Shown here piece by piece: positions 58,440 to 64,000 of a stretch of DNA of 64,000 nt (the stretch's first letter is position 1; the number at the start of each line of letters is the position of its first letter). A model generated the notes under the pieces. That model had not been told where the DNA came from, did not search any database, and saw only the letters and a program-made list of their open reading frames with translations. The position numbers and the translations under genes were made by a program. This DNA comes from the human T2T-CHM13v2.0 reference genome, Homo sapiens: the NCBI RefSeq assembly GCF_009914755.1, contig NC_060936.1. One strand, 5' to 3'.

Positions 58440-58854
58440 TGCTATGGTTTGGATATGGTTGTTTGGCCCCACCAAGTCTCATGTTGAAATCTGATCCCTA
58501 CTGTTGGAGATGGGGCTTAAGGGGAGTTGTTTGGGTCATGGGGGTGGATCCCTCATGAATGGCTTGGTGCCCTCCTCGAAGTAGAGAGTGAGTTCTCAGT
58601 CTTAGTCCCTGTGAGAACTGACTGTTAAAAAGAACTTGGCACCACTCTCCCCTTTCCTTCCTCCTCTGTCACCATGTGCTGCTGGCTCTCCTTCACTTTC
58701 CACCATGAGTGAAAGCAGCTTGAAGCCCTCACTAGAAGCATCTGCACTATGCTTCTTGTGCAGTGTGCAGAACTATGAGCCAAATACACCTCTTTTCTTT
58801 ATAAATTATCCAGCCTCAGGTATTCCTCTATAGCAACACAAAGGGAATAAGATA
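58440..58854 (+). mobile_element. MST-family (MaLR) solo LTR inserted in an L2 (~57900-59230)
   Basis: TGCTATGGTTTGGAT...TAAGATA termini; 5-bp TSD GGAGG at 58435-58439 and 58855-58859. Confidence 0.88.
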
Positions 58855-59417
58855 GGAGGCAACTGTAGTCTTCCAGCCAAGAGATTAGTGGCTTGGATCA
58901 TGGTGGGAAATGAAGGTGGTAAGAAGTGGTCAGGTGTTTTCTACATTCTGACAAAATGTCCTGAAGGAATGAACTGTGGGGTGTGAAGAAGAATCAAAGA
59001 GGATTCCACGTCTTCAGCTTGAGCAACAGGAAGGAAAGCTGTCATTTTATTGACACATGCAAGTCCAGGAAAGAAGCTGCTAGTGATGCTGGCTGGGGTG
59101 CAGAGTTAGAGGTAGAGGGCAGAAAAATTGGTTTTGGACCTATCTAGAGATGCCTGTTAGAGTTCCAAGTGGAGACGCTGATCAGGCAGCTGGATATTCA
59201 AGTTAGGAAAGGGATGGGCTGGAATCTGATGAAGATGAAGGAGATTCCTCAAATGCTAAAAATAAATAAATAAATAAAGAGGGAAGTTAGAAAAATTGAG
59301 TCTGTTGAAAAAGTTTCAAGGCATCTGCATTTATATCATCACTATTTTTGTATCACTTATAAAGTTCTGTGATGACTGTAAAAACTATGTGGCAACATCA
59401 GGTTCTAAGAAGTGGCT

Positions 59418-59600
59418 ACAGGTGGTTCCTAAAGTGTGGACCTCAGGCCAAAAGCATCAGCATCACCTATGAGATTGTTAGAGATGCAAATGATTGGGCC
59501 CCACCTGACCCATGGAGTCAGCTCTGGAGATAGGGCCCAGGAAACTGTTTTGACAAGCTCTCCAGAAGATTCGCACACACATTAAAGACTGAGTGAGCTG
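59418..59600. mobile_element. MER5A-like
   Basis: agcatcagcatcacc..ttgttagagatgcaaat..gggccccacc motif. Confidence 0.75.
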
Positions 59601-59664
59601 GATGATAAGATGTTTAGTACTTCCGGGTTTTAATCATTTAAAAAGAAAAGGAACAACTTTTTCT

Positions 59665-61092
59665 TTTAAAGCAGAAATGTCTTTATTGTTTGAAGCATGA
59701 CAAAATAAAATTGATAGGACATTTCATTTCTTACTTAGTCTTCTCAATGGGGTTATAAAAATACAATGCCACTTAGTTTTTGTAAGCTCTTGAAAATGTC
59801 CAGAAGCTCACACTTAGTATGATATTAAAAGGCACTTATAACACACAATAAGATACTTAGAAACCCATCTCATAGATACAATTGAAATTTCTTTGAGAAA
59901 AATTTCTAAATATAGAAATAAATAGGACGGCACTATTTCTTCTTTTCCAAAACACAGAATAGCATTTTCCCCATGTTACCTATACACACCATAAATGTGG
60001 ACACCTCCTCCCATTTTTGTTCTTGATACAGGTTGATAATCAAGCTGAAATTAATTTGCTTGCTTTTCTTCAATTTAATCTCAATTTGGTTTAAAATAAA
60101 GCAAAATTCTTAATTTGTATCCAGGATCTTTTAGAATACCTGGCTTATTTTCATTTTGTTTTAAATCACAATTCATTAAATAGGAAGATGATGATGCAAA
60201 AATTTTAAAAAGTACTTACTATTTAGCTGCCCAAATCACCCTAAGCAACAATATTTCTGAAGCATGTGTACATACATGTGTGTATATTTTTAAATATCAC
60301 TTTTGTATCACTCTGACTTTTTAGCATACTGAAAACACACTAACATAATTTTTGTGAACCATGATCAGATACAACCCAAATCATTCATCTAGCACATTCA
60401 TCTGTGATAGAAAGATAGGTGAGTTTCATTTCCTTCAGGTTGGCCAATGGATAAACAAAGTACGCCATAAATTAACTAAAAAACCCACTGCCCTATGCTA
60501 TATCTGTGCTATTGTTAATTAAAATAAGTGTATTCTTGCTGTGGAAATTCTGTGGTCTGGGAATTTTTATTTGTTCATTCTTTCAAGGCATTAGTAAGAA
60601 AGGATAATTTCTATTTTGAACAGAAAGACATACAACTAGTCAGATCAATAACTCATTATTGGCATATAGGATGCTATTTTGGAGGTAAGTGAATTATTTC
60701 ACCCCATGACTGTCTGAATATGGTCAATCTGAAATGACTTAACAGTGAAATCCAGAGATCTGGTTACTTTCCTGGCAGGATTTGGCCTATAAATGAAAAT
60801 GGACATTTAAAATAATATGGGGAAAATACAGAGTTGCTTGAATGCTTATCACTTTATTACTGCAATCATAAATGATAGTAATTTAAATTAGTCCTTCACA
60901 TTGATATGTGTTTAAATTAGTCCTTAGGTATGCCTTTTCTGCCTTTTGTTCTGTTGCTCACCCTTTTAAGAAATGCCATGATAAATAGCACATGGTTGTG
61001 TTGTATGGAGTATCTTGTACTACCTTCCTGAGTGTATGTACATTTGTTCATTTATTGGGCCTCTGCCCAACAAATGAAAATGAATTTTTTAT
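59665..61092 (-). other. POC1B: POC1B 3' UTR (~1.4 kb)
   Basis: AT-rich, largely repeat-free sequence after the stop codon. Distal AATAAA at 59687-59682 followed by T-rich downstream sequence on the minus strand. Exact 3' end approximate. Confidence 0.8.
59682..59687 (-). terminator. POC1B: Distal poly(A) signal AATAAA of POC1B
   Basis: TTTATT on the plus strand at the edge of the unique UTR block, with repeats (MER5, L2) beyond it. Confidence 0.7.

Positions 61093-64000
<2,908 letters not shown>

Overview
Human (primate) genomic DNA, about 40% GC and very repeat-rich. The only protein-coding sequence is the last exon of POC1B on the minus strand (61197-61093, ...[34 protein letters not shown]), with a ~1.4 kb 3' UTR and part of the last intron. 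From recalled gene order at 12q21.33 (not verifiable here), the other ~59 kb lie between the POC1B 3' end and the DUSP6 promoter, which would be a few kb left of the window. That stretch holds about 40 Alus, L1/L2/MIR fragments, MaLR/ERV1 solo LTRs and MER DNA transposons. The best-supported structures are: (i) a 5'-truncated processed mRNA retrocopy at 9357-10056 with a perfect 18-bp target-site duplication (TSD) and an unidentified parent gene; (ii) a twin-primed, 5'-inverted L1PA at 47740-51305 carrying two later Alu insertions; (iii) nested inverted Alus; (iv) unique blocks with clustered STAT/RBPJ/ETS/TEAD/AP-1 motifs (candidate enhancers) and a (GGAA)10 microsatellite; (v) several alternative poly(A) signals in POC1B, one overlapping the stop codon. 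I found no convincing wholly new biological system. Most ORFs in the supplied track are Alu/L1 artefacts. Repeat subfamily names are by eye and boundaries are approximate.
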